Shown: one piece after another, positions 18,880 through 32,334 of the stretch
Position numbering within the stretch: the first letter of the stretch is position 1
How the letters are laid out: each line of letters begins with the position of its first letter
Source: Candidatus Moraniibacteriota bacterium
Lineage (GTDB): Bacteria; Patescibacteriota; Minisyncoccia; Moranbacterales; UBA1568
Direction: 5' to 3'
Assembly: GCA_963778555.1 (NCBI GenBank)
Contig: CAVZUR010000005.1
Location: 33,756 to 97,755, forward strand
DNA length: 64,000 nt
Notes under the pieces: model-generated
What the model was told of the DNA's origin: nothing
Database searches by the model: none
Seen by the model: the letters and a program-made list of their open reading frames with translations, nothing else
Translations under genes and position numbers: made by a program

Positions 18880-19551
18880 ATGCAGCCCGGTATCCTTTAT
18901 GTCGTCGGGACGCCGATTGGGAACCTCGGCGATATCACCTTGCGAGCATTAGAAACTTTGAAGTCCGTTGATTTCATCTTGGCCGAAGATACACGCGTGA
19001 CGAAAAAACTTCTCATGAAGTACGCAATCCCGACCTCGGTCTTTTCGGCGCATGAGCATACGGAACAGAAAAAGCTCGAGTCATTTCTCGTCCGGTTGGT
19101 GGCCGGTGAAAGCGTGGCGGTGGTGACAGACGCGGGGACGCCGGGCTTGTCTGATCCGGGCAATGTCCTCGTCTCGCTCGCCCTCGCGCGTGGTATTGCG
19201 GTCGTGCCCATTCCGGGCGTGTCCGCCCTCGCTGCGCTCGTCTCGGTGGCTGGTGTCGATATGCGGGAATTCACCTTTCTCGGCTTCCCGCCGCACAAGA
19301 AAGGTCGCGAGACATACTTCAAGCGTGTTGCGGCAAGCGAGCTACCAGTTGTGTACTATGAATCACCGCATCGTGTGGTGAAGAACTTGGAATTGCTCCT
19401 GTCCTTCGCTCCGGAGAAACAGGTGATTGTCGGTCGGGAATTGACGAAGCTGTTTGAGGAAGTCGTCCGTGGCGATATCGCGATGGTTCTCGGTCGAATG
19501 AAGGCAGATGCCAATAAACTCAAGGGGGAGTTCTCGATTATCGCACACTAG
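18880..19551 (+). CDS. rsmI: 16S rRNA C1402 2'-O-methyltransferase
   Basis: TPIGNLGDIT, AEDTR, DAGTPGLSDPG, YESPHR, RELTK. Confidence 0.95.
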   Translation: MQPGILYVVGTPIGNLGDITLRALETLKSVDFILAEDTRVTKKLLMKYAIPTSVFSAHEHTEQKKLESFLVRLVAGESVAVVTDAGTPGLSDPGNVLVSLALARGIAVVPIPGVSALAALVSVAGVDMREFTFLGFPPHKKGRETYFKRVAASELPVVYYESPHRVVKNLELLLSFAPEKQVIVGRELTKLFEEVVRGDIAMVLGRMKADANKLKGEFSIIAH

Positions 19552-19557
19552 TCAGTT

Positions 19558-19914
19558 ATGGATCTGACCCATAAAAAATGCGTACCCTGCGAGGGCGGGG
19601 TGGACCCGATGGGTGCGGAAGAAGTCGAGCAGTATCTCCGTGTAGTGACCGGTTGGACGCTCGCCGAATTTCCCGAGATTCGAAAAAACTATCAATGCCA
19701 GGATTTCGCCCAGGCGCTCGAGTTCGTGAATGCAGTCGGGGCAATCGCTGAAGCGGAGGGGCATCACCCGGACATCTGCCTCCATGGTTGGAATCAGGTG
19801 GAGCTTCGGCTTTCAACCCACGCCATCCATGGGCTGCATCTGAATGACTTCGTCTTGGCATCCAAGGTTGACGCGCTGTGGAAGAAGGACTTTGCAAGCG
19901 CTGAAAGTAAATAA
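19558..19914 (+). CDS. Pterin-4a-carbinolamine dehydratase family protein
   Basis: CVPCEGG, AEAEGHHPD, STHAIHGL..NDF. Confidence 0.9.
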   Translation: MDLTHKKCVPCEGGVDPMGAEEVEQYLRVVTGWTLAEFPEIRKNYQCQDFAQALEFVNAVGAIAEAEGHHPDICLHGWNQVELRLSTHAIHGLHLNDFVLASKVDALWKKDFASAESK

Positions 19915-19942
19915 ACTCACCACCTGAAGTCTAAAAAGTTTT

Positions 19943-19972
19943 GAAGCCCGACATACAGTGTATGCGGGCTTC
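19943..19972. terminator. Hairpin between convergent genes
   Basis: GAAGCCCG-ACATAC..GTATG-CGGGCTTC. Confidence 0.55.
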
Positions 19973-19991
19973 GGGTTGCGGGGAGACTCGG

Positions 19992-20228
19992 CTATTTGCC
20001 GAAAATCCAGTCTGCAAAGGCGGCGTTGGCGATGAGACAGCTATTGCTGTCGAGCGCGCACAGCGCCGATGCCATTAAGTACCCTACGGGGAGGCTGGCG
20101 ATGATGAGCGTCCAGAACATCCAACGCTCGCTTCTCGGCGAAAACTCGCCCTTGAGCCAGTCGATGAATATCGACAACTTCAGCGCGATGGTGAGCATCA
20201 CCATGTCGAATCGATCCATTCGGTCCAC
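19992..20228 (-). CDS. Small orphan membrane protein (about 78 aa)
   Basis: AAGGAG SD before GTG 20228; promoter TTGACT-17-TATAAT at 20303..20275; TM segment. Confidence 0.6.
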   Translation of the reverse strand: MDRMDRFDMVMLTIALKLSIFIDWLKGEFSPRSERWMFWTLIIASLPVGYLMASALCALDSNSCLIANAAFADWIFGK

Positions 20229-20338
20229 GTTCTCTCCTTGGTTGTGAAAGATTACTTCAATTGAAGTTGCCCACATTATACATGATAAACTCAGAAAAGT
20301 CAAGGATGGAGAGTATTCATTTCTTGGCTTAGAAAAGG

Positions 20339-20374
20339 TATACCATCACACCAATACATTGGTGTGATGGTATA
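20339..20374. repeat. Perfect 17-bp inverted repeat upstream of metG
   Basis: TATACCATCACACCAAT-ac-ATTGGTGTGATGGTATA. Confidence 0.9.
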
Positions 20375-20407
20375 GTATGGAGGTATCACCTATTACATAA
20401 GAAGGCC

Positions 20408-21845
20408 ATGTCCAAGCCATTTTTCATCACGACTGCCATCGACTATGTGAACGCGGCTCCGCATGTGGGACATGCCGTGGAAAAAGTCCTGACCGATGTC
20501 GTTGCGCGCTATCATCGCTTGGCGGACGATGAAACCTATTTCCTCACTGGGTCGGACGAGAATAGTCTGAAAAATGTGCAGGCTGCGGAAAAGGCTGGCA
20601 AGCCAGTTGCGGAATTTGTTGCGGAGAATGCAGAGTCTTTCAAAAAACTGAAAGAGAGTCTGAATCTTAATTTCAATCAATTCATCCGCACGACGGAGCC
20701 GCGGCATTTCGAGGGGGCAAAAAAAATGTGGAATGCTTTCAAAAAGGAAGACCTCTACAAGAAGGCGTACCACGGACTCTACTGCGTCGGTTGCGAAGAG
20801 TTCAAGTCGGAAAAAGACTTGGCCGATGGCCTCTGTCCCGACCACAAGGTCGCACCGGAAGCTGTGGAGGAAGAGAACTGGTTCTTCAAACTTTCGACGT
20901 ATCAGGATCAGCTCTTAGAACTTGTTCTGAATGACAAGCTGAAGGTCTATCCCGACTATCGGAAGAATGAAGTTCTGTCATTCATTCGGATGGGGCTCGA
21001 GGATTTCTCTATCTCGCGCTCCGTGGCGCGGGCCAAAGGCTGGGGCGTGCCGGTGCCGGGAGACGAGAGTCAGATCATGTATGTCTGGGTGGACGCCTTG
21101 TCGAACTACATCACCGCGCTTGACTATGCGACGGACGGTGAGCAGTATCAAAAATACTGGAACCATGCCGACGGTGAGCGCGTGCACGTTATCGGCAAAG
21201 GTATCCTGCGCTTCCATGCAATCTATTGGCCAGCGATGCTCTTGTCGGCCGGACTCCCGCTCCCGACCACCATCTACGCGCACGAATACCTGACCATCAA
21301 CGGTCAAAAAATGTCGAAGTCTTTAGGCAATGTCATCTACCCGGAAGAGTTGGTGGCGAAATATGGCGTCGATGGGACGCGCTATCTGCTCCTGACGGCG
21401 TTGCCGTACAGTAAAGACGGTGACTTGTCCTGGGAGAAAATGACGGAGAAGTACAATGCCGACCTGGCGAATGGTCTCGGCAATCTCGTTTCGCGGGTAG
21501 TAAAATTAAGTGAAAAGTTAGAAAACGAAAAAGATAAAGAGGTATATGTTTCTAAGGGGCATGCATTAGAAAATCTTAATTCGTTCCTATTCAAGTTCGA
21601 TGTTTCCGGGGCCCTTGGTGCTATATGGGTCACGGTAAAACACCTTAATGAATACCTGGCTAAGGAAGAGCCATGGAAACTTGATAGCAGTTCAAAAAAG
21701 TTTACTAGTATTCTGAAAAGAATCGCGGAGGATACTTGCTCAGATAGCGTTAGAGATTCAGCCATTTCTTCCATCAACCTCCGAAAAGATCGAATCAGCA
21801 TTGAAGACGGGGAAAGTCGAACCGCTATTTCAGCGTATCAAGTAA
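20408..21845 (+). CDS. metG: Methionine--tRNA ligase (short form; frameshift near 21730)
   Basis: PHVGH, YVWVDAL, KMSKS; the shifted frame gives the expected end IQPFLPSTSEKI...PLFQRIK* at 21845. Confidence 0.93.
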
Positions 21846-21880
21846 AAAGAGAATCGGCGGCCGCGGTGACGGACGCCGAT
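21842..21880 (-). terminator. Terminator of the small - strand cassette
   Basis: ATCGGCG...CGCCGAT hairpin followed by TCTCTTTTT on the - strand. Confidence 0.6.
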
Positions 21881-21898
21881 GAGTCGGGAAGGGGATCT

Positions 21899-22010
21899 TC
21901 ACCCGAGGATATACCTGGTGCCTCCGCCAGAGACGACCAGGACGAAAGCGATGGCGGCGAGTGTTCCTGCGATGAGGAAGAATCGGACCAGGTGAGGGAT
22001 GCAGTTTCAT
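21899..22010 (-). CDS. Probable 36-aa membrane peptide (needs removal of one A at ATGAAA)
   Basis: GGAG SD; the corrected frame reads MNCIPHLVRFFLIAGTLAAIAFVLVVSGGGTRYILG*. Confidence 0.4.
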
Positions 22011-22037
22011 GTGTTACTCCAGTTTGGTGACCGTGGT

Positions 22038-22184
22038 CTATCCGCGCAGCCGCTCGATTGAAAGCAGCAGCTCCTCGACGAACTCCGGGTCGGTAAACGT
22101 CCAGATGAAATTGACGATGACGCCGATGAGGAGTAACAGTAAAAGAGCGGCGAACCATCGCTCGGAACGATTCCCACGTTTCAT
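22038..22184 (-). CDS. Small membrane protein (48 aa, MKRGNRSERW...)
   Basis: GGAG SD; single TM; promoter TTGCTG-17-TATGTT at 22242..22214. Confidence 0.6.
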   Translation of the reverse strand: MKRGNRSERWFAALLLLLLIGVIVNFIWTFTDPEFVEELLLSIERLRG

Positions 22185-22250
22185 GAGACACTCCAGTTGG
22201 TAAAGATGCGGCCAACATAGCAGGGATAGAAAATAACAGCAAGTACTATC

Positions 22251-23111
22251 ATGTACGACATTCACACTCACCTCTACTGGGACTCCTATGACGCGGACCG
22301 AGACGCGGTGATCGCGCGCGCCCAGGCGGCGGGGATAGAAAGGATGTTTGCCATTGGCTGCACGGTAGAGGAAAGTCGGCAATGTGTGGCACTCGCTGAA
22401 CAGTACCCCGAGATCTCTGCCTCGGTCGGCATTCATCCACATGAATTTCGAACCGAGACCGATGTAAAGAATCTCGGGGCGGATATCGAAGCGCTTCGTG
22501 CTTTGGCTCAATCATCAATGAAAGTCGTCGCCATCGGAGAGTGTGGGCTCGACTATTATGTGCGCCCAGCCGTGATCGATGCACAGCAACAGTACGTTGG
22601 ACGGCAAGTAACCGAAATTTCCGAAGGGGCGAAAATGGTTCAGCGGCAGGGGTTTCTGGCTCAGATCGAATTGGCGAGCCGCGTGCATCTGCCACTAATC
22701 GTCCATTGTCGAGATGCGTATGAAGATATGCTGCCGATTCTTGGGGCCGAGGCTAAGGATTTGGGAGCTGTCATCCTCCATTGCTATATGGGTAATACCG
22801 AAGTGACGAAGCGTTTTTTGGAGCTTTCCAACGTATACTTTTCCTTCACGGGCAATATCACGTATCCCGTGAAGAAAGCGCTGGTGGGGACGAAGGATGA
22901 CCTGCAGGAGACGGTGCGAATGGTGCCCTTGGAGCGCCTGTTCGTCGAAACAGACTGTCCGTTTCTCACGCCCCAGGCGAAGCGTGGGGAACGCAATGAA
23001 CCAGCGAATGTGACGCATATCGCTGACCAAGTAGCGCTCCTAAAAGACATTACCCGGGATGTCCTTGATCAATACATCGACGAAAATTTCCGGCACGTTT
23101 TCTTGCGGTGA
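22251..23111 (+). CDS. tatD: TatD family hydrolase
   Basis: DIHTH, GIHPH, IGECGLDY, HCR, ETDCP..RNEP. Confidence 0.93.
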   Translation: MYDIHTHLYWDSYDADRDAVIARAQAAGIERMFAIGCTVEESRQCVALAEQYPEISASVGIHPHEFRTETDVKNLGADIEALRALAQSSMKVVAIGECGLDYYVRPAVIDAQQQYVGRQVTEISEGAKMVQRQGFLAQIELASRVHLPLIVHCRDAYEDMLPILGAEAKDLGAVILHCYMGNTEVTKRFLELSNVYFSFTGNITYPVKKALVGTKDDLQETVRMVPLERLFVETDCPFLTPQAKRGERNEPANVTHIADQVALLKDITRDVLDQYIDENFRHVFLR

Positions 23112-23186
23112 ACGCATCGGAGAGCCGTGATGAATGTGGGAGGATATTGTATACTTGGGGCGATAACGTCTTATCGTTCGTAGATA

Positions 23187-23498
23187 ATGCCTGAACAACT
23201 CGGGAGAGTCGAAGTGCCGAAGGGCGGTTGGGTCAAGAAACAGCCAGCCAGTGCTTTTAATTTTGATGTGGCTCTTGCCCGCGCTCGGGTTTTGTCTGAA
23301 CAAAAAAGAATTATCAGCGATTTGCAGCAGCAGATTCAAGACGTTCAAGCACAAATCGAGATCGAGAAAGCAGACGGAATCGGTCCGAGCGAAGCGTTGA
23401 GAATGGAGCTCCAGCGTTGCCAAGACGGCATAGCGATAGCCGAACAGCGTCTGGTAGCGGAGTTTCCGCAACCAAAAAATCCGAAACAACCACACTAG
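23187..23498 (+). CDS. Hypothetical coiled-coil protein
   Basis: 103-aa ORF, Q/E-rich heptad pattern. Confidence 0.55.
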   Translation: MPEQLGRVEVPKGGWVKKQPASAFNFDVALARARVLSEQKRIISDLQQQIQDVQAQIEIEKADGIGPSEALRMELQRCQDGIAIAEQRLVAEFPQPKNPKQPH

Positions 23499-23595
23499 AT
23501 GCACCGCCGTTAAAAAAAACTGTCAAGCATACTCAGAACGATTTCAAGCCGGTCCGAGAATAAGGTATAATGAGCAAGAAAGTAAGTATACCCCG

Positions 23596-24783
23596 ATGTC
23601 ATTTTTTGAATCTCTTCTCGGGAAACCGAGGGTTGTTCCGAAGTCTGAGATAACCTATCCGAAAAAGCCAGCCGAGGGCGCATTTGATGCAGCCAAAGCA
23701 GTCAATGTGGGCATTGCACGCGTAGAGGCGGCCCAGGCGACAAAGTCTGCGATTGCGAAAGCGCAAGTGGGAGGACTGGAGACGCTGCGGACCAATGCGA
23801 AGACTCTGGAGGATGCACTCGAGAATCCGCCCTCATTTGAAGCGCCGACAATGGCTGAGCCGGTGGCCCGAGTGCACGATGGACCCATGATACCTGATAC
23901 TGCTGCTGCCCATCTCCGCAAACGGAAAGAGGAGGTCTACCAGCTGAAGGGGGAGCCGCTGAAGGATGCTGATTTGTCCCCGTTGGAGACCGGGGATGGC
24001 AGAAATCCGTATGGGGTCCATACCGGCCAAGGTGTGGAGAAGATTGGAAGTGCCGAGGTTCTGGCGAATCTAAAGAATGCGAAACAACTTCTTGGTGAAC
24101 CAATGGCGCTGGAGCGGGAGCCAGTGGATCCTGTCAGAAAAGCCAGATCTGAAGCGTTCCGGAAAGACCCGATACCGACAACTCCGCTCGGCACACGAGA
24201 AGATCTTGCAGGAGCGGGGGGATTAGTCGAAGGAGTAGAGGACGATTGGAAAGCGGCTCAACGCGCAGCCAGAGTCGACAATCCTGAGGGGTTGAAGAGC
24301 CTGCGTACCCTCGCGACAGACCGTTCGCGGCCGAAAGATATCCTGCACGTCGAGGATGTGAAAAGCGGCCTCGTTAATCAAGGATCGGAGTCTCTGACCT
24401 ACCCTTTAGAACACTCATCGAATGCAACAGCGCGACTCGCTGCTTACCCCAAAGGAATTGGGTTCGGCGCTGAGAGAACACAGTCGTCGAAACCAAAAAA
24501 AATAAATAGTGTCGAAGATCTACGAGGAGGATTAGTGGAGCGCGAAACCGAGCTTGAAAATTCCAGCCAAGCGAAAAAGCGACTGAGCCGGAAGAGCGAT
24601 CGAGGTCCGGTGTCAGAGAGCGACACATACTGGGAATCGTTGCAGCAGAAAAGCCAGAATAAGCTACGCGAACTGGAAACGATGATCAAGCTTGCTGCGA
24701 CTCCTGAGGAAGTCAGTCTGATGCAAGAGCTCTTAGAGCGGGCCCGTGCCAAGCACCAGGAGAGTTTTGGCGATGAAGCCTAG
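23596..24783 (+). CDS. Hypothetical hydrophilic protein
   Basis: 395-aa ORF; TATAAT upstream. Confidence 0.7.
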   Translation: MSFFESLLGKPRVVPKSEITYPKKPAEGAFDAAKAVNVGIARVEAAQATKSAIAKAQVGGLETLRTNAKTLEDALENPPSFEAPTMAEPVARVHDGPMIPDTAAAHLRKRKEEVYQLKGEPLKDADLSPLETGDGRNPYGVHTGQGVEKIGSAEVLANLKNAKQLLGEPMALEREPVDPVRKARSEAFRKDPIPTTPLGTREDLAGAGGLVEGVEDDWKAAQRAARVDNPEGLKSLRTLATDRSRPKDILHVEDVKSGLVNQGSESLTYPLEHSSNATARLAAYPKGIGFGAERTQSSKPKKINSVEDLRGGLVERETELENSSQAKKRLSRKSDRGPVSESDTYWESLQQKSQNKLRELETMIKLAATPEEVSLMQELLERARAKHQESFGDEA

Positions 24784-24844
24784 TTTTCACCCTGTCCAGG
24801 CCGGTATATAATCGGAATGCATGTTAAGTCGTAACTGAATCGCT

Positions 24845-25276
24845 ATGTCGTGGGAACAGAGAAAAAACGATTTGATCGGGGGAGAGAAAAAAGGGAAAGA
24901 TATTGCTGGTCAGCAAATGTGGAATGAAGGATTCTCGAAACAGAGTCCGGATAATGCTGCTCGAGGGAAAGCCGCAGAGGGGAGTTTCGTGGAGACCGCC
25001 ACGGCGGAGCAGCAGGCAAAAAAGATAGAAGTCATGCAGGCTCAGATCGCCGAGAATCATAAAATGACGGAGGCATTGGATGCTAGTATCGCCGAAGTGA
25101 ACGCTCAACTACAGAAGGGGGAAGAGGCTGCCTCAAAGAACCCGAGTGTTGCGGCGATCAATCAAATGCTCGCGGCGGAGGCGCTCAAGAAAAAAGAAGG
25201 ACTTTTGGTTCAAAAGAACACCCTGGCTGAGCAGAGTAAAGACTTGGAGGGACAGATAATCTCGATGGCGCACTAA
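24845..25276 (+). CDS. Hypothetical coiled-coil protein
   Basis: 143-aa ORF; TATAAT upstream. Confidence 0.65.
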   Translation: MSWEQRKNDLIGGEKKGKDIAGQQMWNEGFSKQSPDNAARGKAAEGSFVETATAEQQAKKIEVMQAQIAENHKMTEALDASIAEVNAQLQKGEEAASKNPSVAAINQMLAAEALKKKEGLLVQKNTLAEQSKDLEGQIISMAH

Positions 25277-25288
25277 TCCGCACAGAGT

Positions 25289-25765
25289 ATGAATGAATCT
25301 GGTTTCATAGCGCCGAGTGGGGAGAAGTCCAAACCACCGCTCAACATGCGGCCGATGGAGGGTGTGGAGGCTTTGGAGCTGGAGCCGCTCGAAGGGGAAA
25401 AGGCTTTTGCGAAAGTCGAGAAGGCTTCAGCGAAGCCGAATTTCGGCGAGGGGCCTGAAGCCATGAAGACGGCGGACGAGATTCTCAAGGCGCAGGAGAT
25501 GCTGGCAACCTTCGAGAGTCAACTAGCCGCCGCAGAAGCGGAATTAGCCCTCGTTCATAAAGAAGAAGGTGAATTGTTTGCGCTACTTAAGGAAGCGACG
25601 ACTCCGGAAGACGCGAAGGTAGAGACATTGACAAAGTTGCTCGATGTGCAGAAACGTCTGGAAGAGTCGGGGCAGATCGCAGATTCCAAAAGGAAATTGG
25701 TAGCCACCTCCAAAGAGGCTTTTCAGAAAAAATTCGGACCGCGCAACACAGATACCCTTCATTAA
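25289..25765 (+). CDS. Hypothetical coiled-coil protein
   Basis: 158-aa E/K/A-rich ORF. Confidence 0.65.
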   Translation: MNESGFIAPSGEKSKPPLNMRPMEGVEALELEPLEGEKAFAKVEKASAKPNFGEGPEAMKTADEILKAQEMLATFESQLAAAEAELALVHKEEGELFALLKEATTPEDAKVETLTKLLDVQKRLEESGQIADSKRKLVATSKEAFQKKFGPRNTDTLH

Positions 25766-25869
25766 GGGTTTCTATATTTCCGTTTGACCTTTCGTGTTTT
25801 CACCAGTACACTGGAAGCGCTTAAAAAGAAGGCCGGCCCTTCTTTTTGTATAATCATTCTGCCACTCCG

Positions 25870-26622
25870 TTGGAAATCTCCATAGCCGCAGAAAAATTGT
25901 TCAGTCTCGGGAATTTTCCAGTGACCAATGCCTTTTTGATTGGCGTCCTGGTGAGTTTGGGTTTGGTCGTCGTGACCCAGCTCGCGCTCCGCCGCCGTTC
26001 GCTCGTGCCGCGGGGTCTCCAGAATGTCTTCGAGCTCATCGTCGAGGGGCTGCTCGCGTTCATCGAGAGTGTGACGGGAGATAAGGCTCAAGCCAAGAAA
26101 TTCTTCCCGCTTATTGCGACGATATTCCTGTTCGTCCTGTTTTCCAATTGGGTGGGGCTGCTCCCGGGCGCGGGCACCGTCGGTCTGGCGCATACGCAGA
26201 ATGGGCACGCGACTATCATTCCGTTTTTGCGGAGCACATCGGCGGACCTGAACTTCACGCTCGCTCTTTCGCTCATGGTGGTTGTCACGGTCCAATTCAC
26301 TGGCATTGCAACGCTTGGTCTCTTTAAATACGGCCAGAAATTCTTTGTCAGTCCGTTCCGGAAGCCGTATGGCATCGGCATGGTGGTCGGTCTGCTCGAG
26401 CTCGTGAGCGAATTCGCTAAATTCCTCTCCTTTTCTTTTCGTCTCTTCGGCAATGTGTTCGCGGGAGAAGTGCTTCTGACAGTTATGCTCCACCTCGTGC
26501 CGTATTTCATCCCGCTGCCGTTCCTTTTCCTCGAAATCTTCGTCGGATTCATTCAGGCGGCAGTCTTCGCTATGCTAACCTTGGTTTTTCTCAAGATGGC
26601 GATGCTGCCGGCGGAGCATTGA
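25870..26622 (+). CDS. atpB: F0 subunit a
   Basis: PRGLQN, SFRLFGNVFAGE, FIQAAVF; start TTG 25870 or 25846. Confidence 0.95.
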   Translation: MEISIAAEKLFSLGNFPVTNAFLIGVLVSLGLVVVTQLALRRRSLVPRGLQNVFELIVEGLLAFIESVTGDKAQAKKFFPLIATIFLFVLFSNWVGLLPGAGTVGLAHTQNGHATIIPFLRSTSADLNFTLALSLMVVVTVQFTGIATLGLFKYGQKFFVSPFRKPYGIGMVVGLLELVSEFAKFLSFSFRLFGNVFAGEVLLTVMLHLVPYFIPLPFLFLEIFVGFIQAAVFAMLTLVFLKMAMLPAEH

Positions 26623-26949
<327 letters not shown>

Positions 26950-26977
26950 CTCAAACGTGCCGTAATCAAAGACTCGC

Positions 26978-27472
26978 ATGGAAGCGTTGGCGAATTTGGG
27001 TGTCGATTGGAAGCTCTTTCTCGCTCAAGCGGTGAATTTTCTCATCCTACTTTTTGTGCTGCGCCGGTTCGCGTATCGGCCGATGCTGAAATTCCTCGAG
27101 GAGCGTACGGCGCGTATCGATCAGGGGCTGAAGGATGCTGAATCGGCCCATGCCAAACTGAAGTCCGTTTCCGAGGAGGAAAAGAAGATCATGGTGGCAG
27201 CCCGAGAAGAGGCGCGCGATATCTTGCTCCAGGCGGAGGGTGCGGCCAAAAAGCGCGATGCATTGATGCTTCAGGAGACCAAGGGTAAGATCGATAAGAT
27301 GATTGCGGATGCGGACGCGCATCTGGCTGATGAAAAGGAGCGTTTGGTCCGCGAGGCGAAGGCTGAACTCTCCAGTCTGGTTGTCACTGCCACTGAGCGC
27401 GTACTTGGCAAGACTGTCGATGCCAAGATCGATACCCAGTTGGTCGAGGCGGCGCTCAGTAAAGGCAAGTAA
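26978..27472 (+). CDS. atpF: F0 subunit b
   Basis: QAVNFLILLFVL..P..ER then coiled coil. Confidence 0.93.
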   Translation: MEALANLGVDWKLFLAQAVNFLILLFVLRRFAYRPMLKFLEERTARIDQGLKDAESAHAKLKSVSEEEKKIMVAAREEARDILLQAEGAAKKRDALMLQETKGKIDKMIADADAHLADEKERLVREAKAELSSLVVTATERVLGKTVDAKIDTQLVEAALSKGK

Positions 27473-27476
27473 CGGT

Positions 27477-27875
27477 ATGCGAATCGCGGAAGCGCAACTC
27501 GTGAAAGCAGTTGATGAGCTCCAGCGGGAGGGGCAGCTTGTCGGGACCGAACTTGCCGCGGCCTTTGCGAAATTTCTCCGTCGCAAGCGGCTTTCCCGAC
27601 GCGTGGGGAAGATCGGCCGAGCACTCGATACGTATGCTGAACAGTCATCGGGTGTACTCTCCGTCACCGCGACCAGCGCGCGTGCGCTCTCGGTCAGTGA
27701 GCGGCAGCGAGTCGAGGAAGCGGCCGCGCAGCTCCTGGGGCAGCCGGAGCACGGGGTCGCGATCGAGTTCCGCGAAGAGACAGATCTCATCGGCGGCCTC
27801 CGGCTTGAAACGACAAACACTCGCCTGGATGGGACGGTTGCCCGTGCACTCAAAGAACTCCGTAAATCATTGTGA
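27477..27875 (+). CDS. atpH: F1 subunit delta (short)
   Basis: VTATSARAL, DLIGGL, LDGTV; operon position. Confidence 0.8.
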   Translation: MRIAEAQLVKAVDELQREGQLVGTELAAAFAKFLRRKRLSRRVGKIGRALDTYAEQSSGVLSVTATSARALSVSERQRVEEAAAQLLGQPEHGVAIEFREETDLIGGLRLETTNTRLDGTVARALKELRKSL

Positions 27876-27886
27876 CATTCACGCCT

Positions 27887-29392
<1,506 letters not shown>

Positions 29393-29398
29393 ACTGCT

Positions 29399-31706
<2,308 letters not shown>

Positions 31707-31708
31707 GC

Positions 31709-32155
31709 ATGCCCACACTCACGTTTAAACTGGTGACGCCCGAGCGCGCGGTCGTAGAGATCGAAGCGGCAGGGGTGACTGTTCCTATCGCGGACGGCGA
31801 TGTAACGATACTGCCGGAGCATGTGCCGTATATCGGCGCGCTCAAATCAGGTGAAATCGTCGTGCATCATACGGATGGCTCGACGGAAAGTCTGGCGGTC
31901 TCTGGCGGGTTTGTGGAATTCGATTCGAACACCCTCTCCGTATTGGCGGATACAGCAGAGCGGGCGGCTGATATCGATATGGAACGCGCCGAGGCTGCGC
32001 GAGTTCGCGCTGAAGCGCTGCGAAATGAGCGGGTCTCGATGGGTGAGGAGGAATATGCGCGGGTCGCAGCCGCACTGGAAAAGGAAATGGCGCGTATCAA
32101 AGTCGCGCGTAAACATCGTGGCCGGGCTGGGCCGAATGTGCTTTCGCGCGAATAG
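31709..32155 (+). CDS. atpC: F1 subunit epsilon
   Basis: LVTPE, ILPEH, SGGF, LAD.AE. Confidence 0.93.
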   Translation: MPTLTFKLVTPERAVVEIEAAGVTVPIADGDVTILPEHVPYIGALKSGEIVVHHTDGSTESLAVSGGFVEFDSNTLSVLADTAERAADIDMERAEAARVRAEALRNERVSMGEEEYARVAAALEKEMARIKVARKHRGRAGPNVLSRE

Positions 32156-32334
32156 TGTGTGCCGTCACAGGTCCGAGAGAGCTTACAGCAGGTGGGGATA
32201 TTATTGTAAAGGGAGTGATGTGGTTTTTCCGCTCGGGCTAAAAAATACTTGTAACGGTACTAGCACATTCTTACGTGTGGGAGTAAACTCAAAGAGGTAC
32301 CTCTATTGATTTATTGTAATAAGCAAAAAAATAT

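Noticed and set aside
21846-22030. Acidic C-terminal extension of MetG in the ORF track
   Set aside because: Read-through caused by the frameshift near 21730; the proper end is at 21845.
22003-22190. parS-like sequences (GTTTCATGTG, GTTTCATGAGAC)
   Set aside because: Only half matches to TGTTTCACGTGAAACA, and both coincide with start codons of small genes.
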